Assembly (NCBI RefSeq): GCF_009914755.1
Contig: NC_060928.1
Origin: the human T2T-CHM13v2.0 reference genome, Homo sapiens
Length of the DNA stretch: 64,000 bases
Strand: one strand, 5' to 3'
The first letter of the stretch is position 1. Each line of letters starts with the position of its first letter. This document shows positions 24,339 through 36,805 of the stretch, one piece after another. The position numbers and the translations under genes are program-made. The notes beneath the pieces were generated by a model that worked only from the letters and a program-made list of their open reading frames with translations, searched no databases and was not told the origin of the DNA.

Positions 24339-25164
24339 ATATTATTGTCCAATTTGATTACTATCTTTGTCAATTCAGCCTAACAAACATGTTTTAAAGA
24401 CTCTTGTATATTGATGAATGTTCTTGGTTCTGTGATAGGTCAGAATTCTTCATGAGAAGTATAAAATGTTCTAAAAAACTAACTATTACACAAGTCCGTA
24501 TATGAAAGTTGCCTAAGCAGATGTATAGTCTTAGCATACTATGCTATGAAAATAGTTTATATGCTTTCATAAAATTATACAAAGTCCATATGTAAACTTA
24601 CTGGAATTTCTTACAGTATAAGTTTCCAACTGTGTATAAAATCTTAACTCCTTTTATTGTGACAAGCCTACCAAAAATAAATGTTCAATAAACTCTTCAG
24701 AATGGGAAAAGGGAATCTAGATTTCAAAGGAATCTAGAGCACTAATTCTTCATAGAAATATACAAGTTTGTCCTCTTTTCCCACTGTGTAGCCAGAGGCT
24801 CTTTCTAGCAAATGACGTCCTAGAAAACCCCACTTATTCTGGTACTCCTTCCTGTTTTTCTATAATTAAACTCACCTTTGCTGTGTTCAGTGTTTCCGAA
24901 AATTCTGGTGAAAATAGCTCTCCCTTTTTTTTTTCCTTTTTAACCCACTTTTTAATAGGTGCATTAAAGATCTATAGATGTGATGCCAGAGAAGTTTCAG
25001 AGAATTGAATTCACCTGCTGGACATTGAGAGCCTATCTGAGTATCACAAGGTGAAATCCAAGGGTGTGTAGCAGTCTAGCTATATAAATAGTTACTCTTC
25101 ACCTGCAGTTGAGGGGGATTATACGTTTACAGATTACATACATGCATAGTGATATAGAATGTTA

Positions 25165-25400
25165 GCTCACTCATTCATTCATCGATCCATACAATCAGTT
25201 ACCAAACTTTTATTAAGCCACTTATAATATGTATTATGCTAAGCATACAAAAAATGAATAAAATAACATTGTTTGTAACTTAGGATATTCAGTCTAGTGA
25301 GGAAAAATAAACAAAAACTATAACCCAGTGATTACAGTCAAGTGTGCTAAATGAGAGAGCTTTGTACATAGGTGACGTTAGCAGATATGGAAGGAGGCTA
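25165..25400 (-). mobile_element. L2 LINE 3' fragment
   Basis: 'cactcattcattcatc...ttttattaagcc...ttcagtctagtgagg' antisense L2 tail. Confidence 0.65.
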
Positions 25401-25810
25401 AAACAGGGCTTAGATTCTCTCTAACACTTCACCCATTGAACTGCTGCTTCTTTATCCTCTGTTGCTCCGACTTCTAGGTTTAAGACTTAAAGCCAGAAGA
25501 CCTGCACCTATTTGTTGCATTCTCCTTGCCCAGTCAATCTCGCCAACTCCTGTGAATTCCCGTGTCCCATATATCAAAGGAACAATGCCTTAGATTGAGC
25601 CTTGAAAAAGAAAGCATTAGTTATCCAGGGCTGGAGGTGGGGTGTGGACAGTGAGGCTTTTGGGAGGCAAAAGCTCAATGGTGTAAAACAACCTGGTGGA
25701 GAAAAACTTGCCAGCAGTGTGAAGGACTGGCACTCTGCTAGGGCGTTTTCCACGTCACTATCCCATATGGTCACCTGTTTCACCTATTACCGATCTGATT
25801 CTAAGGACAG

Positions 25811-25953
25811 TATAGTGGATGTTGTGGGGAATGCCTCATTTCATTCCCCTGAGACATTTTTACTACTTTGAATGATGTACTCAATATCCCATCCCCCGCA
25901 CCAGCCCTTTCCTTATCCCTTATTCTTATAAGGATAAGAGCTTATGCTTGTGC

Positions 25954-25995
<42 letters not shown>

Positions 25996-26262
25996 AAATA
26001 CCTCTTTCATGAACCACTTAGGGTAAGTCCCAGCATTTTTACCTCAAGGCAAGGCAGACAGTGTTGCAATTCATACCTCAGAGATCCCATTGAGGTCAGC
26101 CGGAAGCTAGATTTTCCCTAAATTTGTTGTTGCATAGTTCTTTCCTTTCCCTGGCTTATGCCCCTTACACTCATACCATTTTCTCCTTAAGGCATTCTTT
26201 AATAAATCACTTTCATAAATTCCCATCTCAGGCTCTGCTTCTATGGAACATAGCCAGGATAA
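25811..26262 (+). mobile_element. LTR16-family ERV-L LTR containing a (GT)n tract
   Basis: Start 'tatagtggatgttgtgg', end 'aataaatcactttcataaattcccatctcaggctctgcttctatggaac'. Confidence 0.7.
25948..25993. repeat. (GT)n microsatellite
   Basis: Directly visible. Confidence 0.97.
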
Positions 26263-26417
26263 TTGGGATCAGTATTTCATTCATCTTTACGTCAAAGTAC
26301 CAAAGAGTGGAGGCATGCTGCAAGTACCGTAAAAATGAATGGTTACATGGATGGATCTGAAAAATACATACATTTGGTAGGATGCAAGTATACATGATAA
26401 TTTAAAATCAGACCTTT

Positions 26418-26600
26418 GTTAATGTTTATTGAACATTTCCTGTGCTCTAGGCATCTTGTTAAACTTGTTACTTGAATAATATCATTCAAGCCCTGAAAGA
26501 CCCCATGAGGTAGATTAAATATTATCTATATTTTACTAATGAAGAAACTAGGGATTAGAGCGTTTAGTTCTTTTGACTGAGACCACCCAGAAAGAATGAT
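26418..26600 (-). mobile_element. MIR SINE
   Basis: 'tttattgaacatttcctgtgctctaggca...ccccatgaggtag...ttttactaatgaagaaactaggg'. Confidence 0.8.
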
Positions 26601-26972
26601 CTGTACATTTCTATTTCAGGTTTTTTTTGGTGCTGGTAGAAATCTGATCATTAGAACTTTATTGGTTAAAATGTAATTGATCTTTAAAAAGACTTAAAAA
26701 TGCCTAGAGTCAAATGTATAACACTAAAAAACTAACAAAGGAGCTGGATGCATTATTCGAGTTATTAAGAAGACACTTTATTTTTATTAAGTTAATTTAC
26801 ATAGACTATTTTACTTACGCTCTAAGATTCATCCTAAAAACAAAAAGTCCTCTGCACATCTCCTTTCCCAAACATGGATTAGCACCATTTTGTTTGTAGG
26901 TAGTTCCCTAAAGTGTCAGTTTGGCATCTGGATTCTGTAGGCATAATTGGATTTATTCTATGCAACTAGAAT

Positions 26973-26977
<5 letters not shown>

Positions 26978-27011
<34 letters not shown>
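26978..27011. repeat. Poly(T) tract, 34 nt
   Basis: Directly visible. Confidence 0.98.
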
Positions 27012-27015
<4 letters not shown>

Positions 27016-28849
27016 CTGAAGCACTATGTTGCAGTTTTTGCTGGGAAATGAGTGTTAAGCATTTTGTTTGGTACTCGGAAAATCTGCCTTGACAGTCCTT
27101 CATAATAGAACCAATTATCAGGTATGCTATTACATATAGACTTCCGGACCCCAATTTAAATAGAAGGTAGTGATCATTTCTTTTGTAAAATAGTCTCCAT
27201 AACACTTAAAATCAACCATATGTGAAGACCTACATGCTTATCAAGGTGACAACATGGGACTGAGAATACTTGTTACCTAAATAAATACTTCTGAGGCTGT
27301 GATGATTCAATTGCCAACTAAAGAGAATGACAGGTATTAACATCCTCTTCCAAAGCCAATTCTCACTGAATTTCTTTAATACCTAATAGCACAATTAAAC
27401 CTATATTCTACTTGTATTATTTCTCTAACAGACAAAAATTATCTTATTGACAGAAGACTAATATACTTTTAGGTACTCTGAAACAAAACATATTTTGATA
27501 TCCTATTTGTCCGTTGATTTATGTGAGCATTCACAAAATAAATAGTCCATTCACCAGAGAACCAAGTAGAAATGCCTGATGAATATGTAATCTTAAATTC
27601 AATAATGAAATGTGTTACTGTTTATCTATGCTATGTGTAAGCAGCATTGAAAATTACTACACAATTTTTATTGATGATTACTTACATTTCACAAGGGAAT
27701 GTGGCATTAAGGAAAAATTCTCAAATGCATATATGCAGCTCAGTGGCTATATCTGGAAACCAACAGTTTCGTGTTCAATATGTAAATTTATAAATGCATT
27801 AAATTATGTTGATAATTTATCACACACTCTGACTACCGATATATACAATGAGAAATGTATCTGAAAGTAATTATGAATATATTATATTCTTCAACTCTGA
27901 ACTTTAGGAAAACTCTTCCTGTTTTTATTTATAACTACAACAGGCTTTGAATATTGATGTTTAGGGCCTTTTAAAAATAGTGTCTTATGACTAGAAAAGA
28001 TTCCAAAGTCTCAACCTGCCCATTCTGTTGCTTCAAGACAAAACTATGTTCCCATCTCAGGTGGATTAAGCATTGGGGGGAACAAATCCCATGCCTACCA
28101 TAAGCTCCTGTTTATTTTAGTGAGTTAAAGTGGAGTGGCTAAGGGAAGCAGAAAAAAAATGCAGTTTGTCTTAGCGCAGTGGACATAAAACTAGGATCTA
28201 TTTACACCTGGAAGTCTATAAAAACATCCCAAGAGTTTCAGGGAAAGAAATAGTTGTGAGGGATTCAATGCCCAAATTCTCATTTTCCATATATACCTTT
28301 GCCTACAATTTATCTATCTATGAGTGCCCACATCACTATGCAGATTTGCATTTTCCATCTTCCTTTTAAAACTCACCCTTCTCATACTTCAAAAAACAAT
28401 GGAAAATGTCTAATCTACTTATAATTTATTATAGTAGATTGTGTTGGGATGTAAAGATCTCAGAGGCTCCAAAGGAACCATTCACAATATTGATGTGGGT
28501 GTTGAAAAAGTAAATGATTCAAATGACTATGTAACAAATCCTTTTGCAAAAGCAATATTGATGGAAGAGCAAATGGATTTGTCCCTGGAGAGGTCATTAA
28601 TATTAAATTTTGATCATAGGACATCATGCAGTTTTTGGATGTTACGTAGAGGTAGTTCATACAATTGCATGACAAATTTTTTTTCCTACCCACAGATTTG
28701 TTAATATGAAAAAGATACATCATCATTTATATCTATAAAAAAAGACTGTATAAATTTAGTTATAAGTAATGTTCTATATTTCAAAGCAGTCAGAGTTCAT
28801 CCATTTGAATTCCAAGCCTAGACTACTTTTGTAGTCTATAACAATTCTG

Positions 28850-29810
28850 AAAAGTAAGATCAAATTAGAACTCACAATATCTGTTTATAAATATTATTTG
28901 CAGTGTTGATATCTTTGCAAAAATTAGTCTTTCAATCTATTGAAGTGTTATAGCCCTTGATTTATTTAGGGTTAATTTAATGTCTTTCAATTATATGTTC
29001 TAGCTTTCATATTTTTTCCTAGGTATCTAATAAGTTTAGGTACTATTGTAAGTATTATGATTTAAAAATTCAATTATTTGTTGTTTCTATGTAGACGTAA
29101 AATTTTTAGAGTTGACTTCATAACATTAGTATTTTGAAATTTAATAATTAATATTATTAGTAGTTTTTTTGATGTTCTATGTATATAGTCTTGTCATCTG
29201 TAAATAATGACAGTTTTATTTCACTTTTTAAAACTTTATAAATGTATTTTCTTTATTGCCTTATGGTACTTTCTAAGTCTTCTAGTAAAATGTGGGAAGG
29301 CTTGGAATATTTCACCACATCAGAGTATATATATATATATTTTTTTTTTTTGCTATAGGCTTTTTGTAGATATTCTAATTCAGATTAAAGTCATTCTCTT
29401 GTATTCCTGATTTTCTAATAGTTGCTCCTCCTGGTGGTATTTTTAAGCATTTGTAAATTCTGCATATTGTCTCATTTTTTTCCTGCTGTCATCAAAATCA
29501 TCACACAATGGTTCTTTTCTTGTCTTTGGTAAATACATTGGTCGATATTTTGAATGATAGACTAAACTTTTAGTCTATGAATGAACCTACTTAGTGATGA
29601 TGCATTATTCTGTTTTAGTATATTAGGGTGATGCAAAAGTTATTATACTTTTTTTCTACCTTTAATGGCAAAAACCACAATCATTTTTGTACCAACCTAA
29701 TATTTCTTGTTATGCCTTATAATATATTTTCATATAATTCTAGGCAATTTTATGCAAGATTGGTATTATTTCCTTTTTAAAAGTTTGGAGCAATTCCCTG
29801 TCAGGGGATC
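28850..29810 (-). mobile_element. Very old L1ME ORF2 fragment
   Basis: T-rich with antisense L1 motifs ('tcttgtcatctgtaaataatgacagttttatt', 'attctcttgtattcctgattttctaatag'). Confidence 0.6.
29623..29700. mobile_element. MADE1 (Hsmar1-derived MITE)
   Basis: 'ttagggtgatgcaaaagttatt...aatggcaaaaaccacaatcatttttgtaccaacctaa', 78 bp, inverted termini, TA on both sides. Confidence 0.92.
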
Positions 29811-29829
29811 TGAATTCAGTGTCTGAATT

Positions 29830-30140
29830 TGTAATTCCATTTATATGACATTTTGGAAAAGGCAAAACTGTAAGGAAATAAATTATGTCATTGGTTGCCA
29901 AGGACCAAGGGGTGGGTAATGGGATTGACTATGAAGAGTTAAAAATAATCTTGTTGAAATAATAAAGATATTCTATATTTTGAGGTGGTGGTTACATGGT
30001 TGCATATATTTAGCCCAAAGTCTGTGAACTGTGCAATCTACACTGTATACTTAAAAAATAATGAATTTGACTTTGTGAATGATCAATATGTGTGATTGGT
30101 AAATAATGTGGTGCAATTATATCTCAATAATGTACTTCAG
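29830..30140 (+). mobile_element. L1ME/MD 3' UTR fragment
   Basis: 'attccatttatatgacattttggaaaaggcaaaactgta...tggttgccaagg...ggtggtggttacatgg'. Confidence 0.8.
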
Positions 30141-30194
30141 TTAATTTTACTTAAAAATATATATTCAATCTTGAGAGAGGACATGTAGAAATAA

Positions 30195-30330
30195 GTGTTT
30201 TGAAAATATACTGGATTTAAAGTAAAAAAATGAATATTAATCTCAGCTCTGCTTTTCAATTTTGTCATCTTAGGTTAGTCATTTAACTTCCCAGAGCAAT
30301 GTCATTTGTAGAATGAAACTTGTGTCTATA
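30195..30330 (+). mobile_element. MIR fragment
   Basis: 'aatctcagctctgc...tcttaggttagtcatttaacttc...catttgtagaatg'. Confidence 0.6.
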
Positions 30331-30799
30331 TAATCTAGCTCTCCTAAGAAGTTCAATAAATACTATTTTAAAATATCCAGGTCAAAGTAGCAATGCAGCA
30401 ACTATCCATCAAACTTACATATGCCATTAAGTGCCTCTATCATCTTCTTATCCCGTCTTCAACAAGGATTTTAAAAACTCTTCATGGAAATAACAGCTTT
30501 TACATTTGTAATGAACACTCATATAAAAGAAAACACTCTCCTCTTTTGCTTGTTTACATTAGCTGGATTAAAATTATAAAATGGAATATGGCCACTTCAT
30601 TTAAAGAGCATAACTGGACTAATAAAAAGCCTTATTTTCTTTCATTATATTTTTTATTCAGTAACTGCAAGCTGCCTGCCCAGCAACCAACCTAATTCTA
30701 TTATGTGAGTAACCTGATGTATGTAAAGTCTGAGCAGAAGGACGCTCTTAGCCCTTCCTTGCCACTGAATGTTCCCGCTTCAGAAGCCAGTCTAGCTAG

Positions 30800-31123
<324 letters not shown>

Positions 31124-31489
31124 TTTCTTGCTTTTCCATCCCTACTGCAGTCACAGTGATGCCATATAGACAAACCTTGGTTATGGACCTGCAAAATAGC
31201 CTCTAGAGTTCCTTGATTTCTGCCAGCTTTCCAGCCCTTTGATTGATTCTAGGTGCAACACAAATTCCTCCAGTAAATTGTGTCTTTTTTATTGTATCAT
31301 GATAAGTGTTAATGTTGACCACAATAATAACCTTGATTTATACTATAGCGAACATGAAAAGTCATTGCCCTCAAGGAGATTTCTACTTACATTGGTTGGG
31401 AAATTAGACAACCTGCTTCACAAAGTAAAATTGATGACAGTCTGCCAAGTAATTGAATATATTGAAAGAAAAATGAGTAAAAGGGTACT

Positions 31490-31770
31490 TTCACTTCTGG
31501 TCACAATCGTGTTTCAAAAACCAGATTTATTCTCATGTCTTAAAAACAAAACCAAACAGAACAAAATGGAAAAAATATGAAATGATAGTTTTGTATATTG
31601 GAAAACAGACAATGGAAGAGTGTAATACAGTAAAAAGGCAGCAAACAAACAAGGTGGGCTTTACATGTACCCTGAGTTGAAGTGCTAGAAGGGCATACCT
31701 AAATAGAGCCTAGCTATCTTCTTACATGAGAGTTGGTGTCAGAGTCTGAGGAAGCCAAGTTGTCAAAAAT
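31490..31770 (+). mobile_element. Old L1M 5'-end fragment (tentative)
   Basis: 'cacttctggtcacaat...accagatttattctc...aaaatatgaaatgatagtttt' resembles L1ME 5' ends. Confidence 0.45.
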
Positions 31771-32926
31771 TAGTGGAGCAGAGTACCATGTTTGCCAAAG
31801 CAAGTCCAAGGTTGGTCCAGATTGAAAGAGGTGGGGGAATGGACTCCAATTTTTGATGGAATCACATTGTAGTGATTTCTTTGTTGGTACAACAAAGAAA
31901 GATTGGGAACAATGTTTTTAATGATCCATCTACCATATATATTTAATTATAATAACCAAACTCGTGTTATACTGAGTGGCACTTTGTAGTCTCAATGTTA
32001 TTCTCCACTTTCGGTTTGAAACGAGAAATGGGTAGTTTAGACATAAAGGAAAGACTTGGTCCCACTAATACTTTCATTTTCTATCAGTTTATCTTGTGGT
32101 TACATTTTCACTTTGAGTGGCCCATTTTCTGTCTGCAATTAAAAAATAATTGTATTTCTATTTACTTACGGTTGTCATTAAATCCTGAAATACTTGTCAA
32201 ATTTTACCATCTAATTATTTTTTAAACTAAAATTGTGTATCTCTCAAACCACTAAGCAGCAGATATTTGATTTACACATTCAATATTATATAAGTTGTAT
32301 CCCAGTTCATATTGATTGGGGAATAATTAAAGGAATTTTACTCTATTTCCTGAGCACTTTAGGTATAAGATACCATAGAAATAAATTGCCTGAACAATAT
32401 ATACAACATATTAAGAAAATAGTACTGCTACAGTGTGCTGTTAGCCAATGACTCAAATCTCTGACTCCATAACCCTCTAGGCTTGCTTTGAAAAAGCCCA
32501 TATATGCCATCAATTATGCATTATAGATGAAAAAAATAGAAGAGCCCAAGAGTTTCCTAAAATTATATAATTTAATTTCTTTATCTAAAAATAAACCTCG
32601 TTATAAAAGGATTTTGAACATTTGAAAGAAAATAGCAACTTTAAAGACTTAATTGGTTCTTTATTAGCAAATTACTTTCAGCGAGTTGGTATAATATTTC
32701 TTCATTGAATAATTCAAAATGGAGAAAACTGACAATCTACCAACTCTGAATAATTTGCCAGTGTGAGAGAATTAGCAAAGAGACATTTTAATTATCATTT
32801 GAATAAAACTTACTTATTGTTTCACTTTAAAATGTTTGTGTTACAAATATTTCACCTTAATTGAATTCACTTGAATCTAATGCACTAGCGGATCTAGATT
32901 CATATTTTCAACTCTCAGGTACCTAA

Positions 32927-33627
32927 TGTAGTGGACATTCATTTGTTTGGCTACTTATTACCTTTGAATATATTCAATTGAATAAATTTGTGAATCTTGT
33001 TTTCTTAAGGCAGAAAACAGGAAGCTTGAATTGCTAGGCTCCTGTGAAGCTGGGATTCACACATATAACTAGGTTTTGCCATAAAGAGAATTAATAAAAC
33101 AGATTCAACAATGAGCAACATGAGAGAATAAATCTTCTAACAAAAGTGTTGTGAAATCCATCTGATTCTTTGAGGAAGACAGTAGTAGAGGTTTTGGCTT
33201 TTAGTTTTCATTTTTAATATAACAGTAACCTAGAAACAGTGACACGTGTGGTATCGTTAGCAAAACTCCCATATACTTGATTGAGCTGCCAGATAAATTA
33301 CAGAATGCTCAGTTAAATTTGAATTTCAGATAAATAATTAACCATCTCTTACTCTTAAGCATACCCCAAATATTGCATGGATATACTGTCATTAAAAAAA
33401 AAGAGTTGTTTATGTGTTTTATATTCTTATTTGCTAAATCTGGCAACTCTATTGCTTGAGTATATTTGACCGCTTAGCCTTGGAGTAGGCTTGTTTGTAT
33501 CCCTTCTTGAGACCTATGAGCCACCAGAAATAACCTTATGAAATTACATTTGGTTTAAACTAGCTAGAGTTAATTTTATTAATTACCAAATAAAGTTGTG
33601 ATGACAAAGACTCCTTGAGTTAGTACA
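32927..33627 (+). mobile_element. LTR33-like ERV-L LTR (putative 5' LTR)
   Basis: Starts 'tgtagtggacattcatttg', ends 'ttaaactagctagagtt...ccttgagttagtaca'; interrupted by MER53. Confidence 0.55.
33281..33451. mobile_element. MER53 palindromic MITE
   Basis: 'gctgccagataaattacag...cagttaaatttgaatttcagataaa...caaatattgcatgg...atttgctaaatctggcaactcta'; degenerate 8-bp TSD atacttga/ttgcttga. Confidence 0.9.
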
Positions 33628-34230
33628 GAAGCCACTATGTTAAGAGCTACAAAGTGGGTACTGTACAAACAGGTTTCAGAGCCAGGGTGGCAACCAGAAT
33701 GACTCGAACCACAGTAATCTTTGGCTGTGGCTAATCTATCATTGGTGCCTAGCACAAAAAGGAAATGAGCCATAAGAAAAAGAAACCTCCAAGAATTGTC
33801 TTTATGAAGGAGATGTATCTTCATCATCAAAGAGTCAGAGATTTTCAATAATTTCTAAGATGTGGCTTAGTTTGGAAAAAGAACAGTTTAAGTAACCTTG
33901 AAGAAAGAGTCCTCAAGGTTATGTTGCCCAGGCTTTCTATAAACTTTCCACTGTGCTTTGACAGGGCCAGGACTCTATAGGCTCAGGAACAGCTTTTTGA
34001 GATTATTGGATTTTCCAAGGTCCCCTGGGAGTCACTGATAGAACGTAAGACAAAGGCAGGACCTCACTGGCCTCTGTTTGATTTGGGGCAGCTTATCTAG
34101 AACACTGCTGACTGGCACTCTGATAAAAATTCAAGTAAATTGAATGTAATCAGGTCTTGAGAACTAGCTGGCTACCTCATGGAGCCTGCTGAAAGCACAC
34201 TGGAGGTCCCTGGGGAAAGGGTGAGAGGAC

Positions 34231-34546
34231 TTTTTTTTTTTAACTATACTTTAAGTTTTAGGGTACATGTGCACAACATGCAGGTTTGTTACATATGTAT
34301 ACATGCGCCATGTTGGTGTGCTGCACCCATTAACTCCTCATTTAGCATTAGGTGTATCTCCTAATGCTATCCCTCCCCCCTCCCACCTCCCTCCACCCCA
34401 CAACAGTCCCTGGTGTGTGATGTTCCCCTTTCTGTGTCCAAGTGTTCTCATTGTTCAGTTCCCACCTGTGAGTGAGAACATGAAGTGTTTGGTTTTTTGT
34501 CCTTGCGATAGTTTGCTGAGAATGATGGTTTCCAGCTTCATCCATG
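34231..34546 (-). mobile_element. Young L1PA (about PA3-5) 3' end, 5' truncated
   Basis: 'tatactttaagttttagggtacatgtgcacaac...gtttgctgagaatgatggtttccagcttcatccatgt' with a poly-T tail. Confidence 0.96.
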
Positions 34547-34620
34547 TTGCTGTTCATGTTGCTGTTCATGTTGCTTCATCCATGTTGCTGTTCATGTTGC
34601 TGTTCATCCATGTTGTTGTT
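34535..34620. repeat. Short tandem array of catgttgctgtt / gcttcatccatgtt units at the L1 5' junction
   Basis: Directly visible. Confidence 0.9.
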
Positions 34621-35192
34621 GACAAAAGCAGCAGTAAATGCTTAGGTAGAGCTGTGCCTTACGGCAGTTTGCTTTGAGCAGTTGTCCTGAGCAGGCCTAA
34701 AAGCCAAGACAGTGTAGCCAAAGGTCCAAGTGCAGTTTGTAACTGAGGGCTGTGTCATCCCAAGCCTGGCCCATGGGGTCAATAGCATCCTCTGCATCTT
34801 TGGAATGATTATGGGTCCGTGCAGCAGGGATTGCTCCCTTGCCTGGAGTACTGCACTGCATTTATCAGGTAAAGGAAATGGTTTATCAATAACAATTTAC
34901 ACTTAGCAAACTGTTATTTAACCACACATTGATTTCATTAAGGCTGGATCACAATAACCATCATAATAACTGTGTGCTTTCCACTTGCCCTCCTAATAGT
35001 GAAAGGTTTTAGAGCCCAGTCCTCTCTTAATGGACTGACATTGAATTTTGAGATATAAGCTTGTGACCAGGAGAAAGAAAGGAAAAAGCACTGGGCAAAT
35101 GTTGAATTCAAAGACCTTATTGTTGTTACTCTGATCAATTTATTGATTCATTTATTTGCCAAATATCTTTGAGTACCTACTGTGTGCCATGT

Positions 35193-35297
35193 ACAGTAGG
35201 CCTCTGTCCCTCTGTATCCACAGATTTTGCATCCACGGATTCAACCAGCCGCTAATCAAAACTATTTAAAAAATAATACAAGAATAAAAAAGAATTC
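35193..35297 (+). mobile_element. Tigger3-family terminal fragment
   Basis: 'ta|cagtaggcc...tgtatccacagattttgcatccacggattcaaccagccgc...aaaactattt'. Confidence 0.75.
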
Positions 35298-35389
35298 AAA
35301 CACCAAAAAAAAAAAAACTTTCCAATCAGCTTCCTCCAAAAGAATCTGTCACTATTTCCTAGGATAAATATACCCTGAGAAGAGCCAAG

Positions 35390-36270
35390 GGTATAGAATA
35401 TTCAGTGATTGCCACTGGTTCTGAAATAACACTAATTCCTGGTACTGAATTTCACTGTGGTTGACACGTTTCTGGAGATCAGATGATAAATGGAATTTGG
35501 CACTAGTCTCCCTTAGAGTGGTCCCATTGATCTATAAATACTTTCTGTGGTTACATCCCAATCTCTAATGTATGGGTTGAAGAAATAAAAACAGCAACTG
35601 AGAGAGTTTATACATTGGCTCTTTGACTTATGCAATGATATAAACTATCCAAGGGGAAACTTCTGGAGCATCTCCATGGGTCAAAATGGTAAAGCAAAAT
35701 TAAGACTGCATTCCTAATAAAATGTAAATATTGGTAACATCATCAAAAACCTGAAAGGCACAGTTTTTGTGATTCTGCTCCTATTCAAACCTCTATAACT
35801 CTGGGATCTGCTAGTTTGTAGTAGCCAAGAATACAACACAATTTCAATTAAATGGCAGCTGAGACTTCTGCCTGGTTATTGAAGACTTCCTGACACTAGA
35901 ATAAAAAGGAATCAGAAAGATATTTGTGTTAGGTGTTCATTGGTTTGATTATCAAGGAGATGAGCTTTTTGTTAACCTAATCTGAGAAGAAAGAATTATA
36001 GATAAACCCAGAGGATCCTCTGAAGTATCTTCTAGTACTTGTACTTCTATGTGTTTTGGAAAAGTTAGCAGATAGTAAGAGCATCACAATAACTGTAAAA
36101 TAACAAAGGATTTCTTTAGGAAAATCAGTTTTGAATCACCTTCACAAGTAAATAACATTGAGTAACTCAGTCACTTGCTGAGAGCAAAGTGAACATGAAT
36201 TACACATTGAAAAAAGTAGTCTCAATATAATGTATACCCTTTTAGTCAATTGCAGAAATAAGGAATGTGA
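35390..36270 (+). mobile_element. ERV-L internal sequence: protease remnant, start of pol, then dUTPase/3' remnant
   Basis: 35405-35443 translates VIATGSEITLIPG (compare ERV-L LLDTGSELTLIPG). 35947-35958 encodes DYQG, a dUTPase motif-3-like sequence. The terminal 'caattgcagaaataaggaatgtga' resembles the ERV-L coding end. Confidence 0.75.
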
Positions 36271-36369
36271 TATCTGTCTTATAATCTATTTATTACCTAT
36301 AGACTATGTATGTATGCATATATCTGTGTATCCATTAGTTTATTTAAGTGTTTCACTTCTTCTCCTCAT

Positions 36370-36567
36370 GTGGCAGAGCGAGCTGTAGTCTATTTTTTCT
36401 TACATTAATTTTATGTCCTTCTATTAATTTTATCACAAGGTTTCTACCCTCATGATATAACCTAAACCTAATTATACCCCAAAGGCTCTACCTCCTGATA
36501 CCATCCCATTGGAGGTTAGGTTTTCAACATACAAATTTTGGGAGGACAGACACATGCAGTCTATAAC
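36370..36567 (-). mobile_element. MLT1A/MSTD-type LTR fragment
   Basis: 'cctcctgataccatcccattggaggttaggttttcaacatacaaattttgggaggaca...cagtctataaca'. Confidence 0.75.
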
Positions 36568-36805
36568 AACTCGTCTATAGGAAGAATACTTATTACTTAG
36601 AAATCTTGGACTTGTAGATTGAATAATTAACTTGAACTTTTTATTGAAAAGTGTGCTCACTTATTATTTGTGTGAAGAACAGTTATAGTTAGTTATAATA
36701 AGTTAGTTTGGGTCCATGCTGTTTTGAGTTTAAATGGGGATATTAATTATATATTAATAATGGGGAGCTAATATTGAGACTTGGGCTCTAATGGAAATTC
36801 ATAAT

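Noticed and set aside
29010-29030. 'ttttttcctag|gtatct' as a recursive splice site
   Set aside because: The donor is weak and the site lies within antisense L1 sequence.
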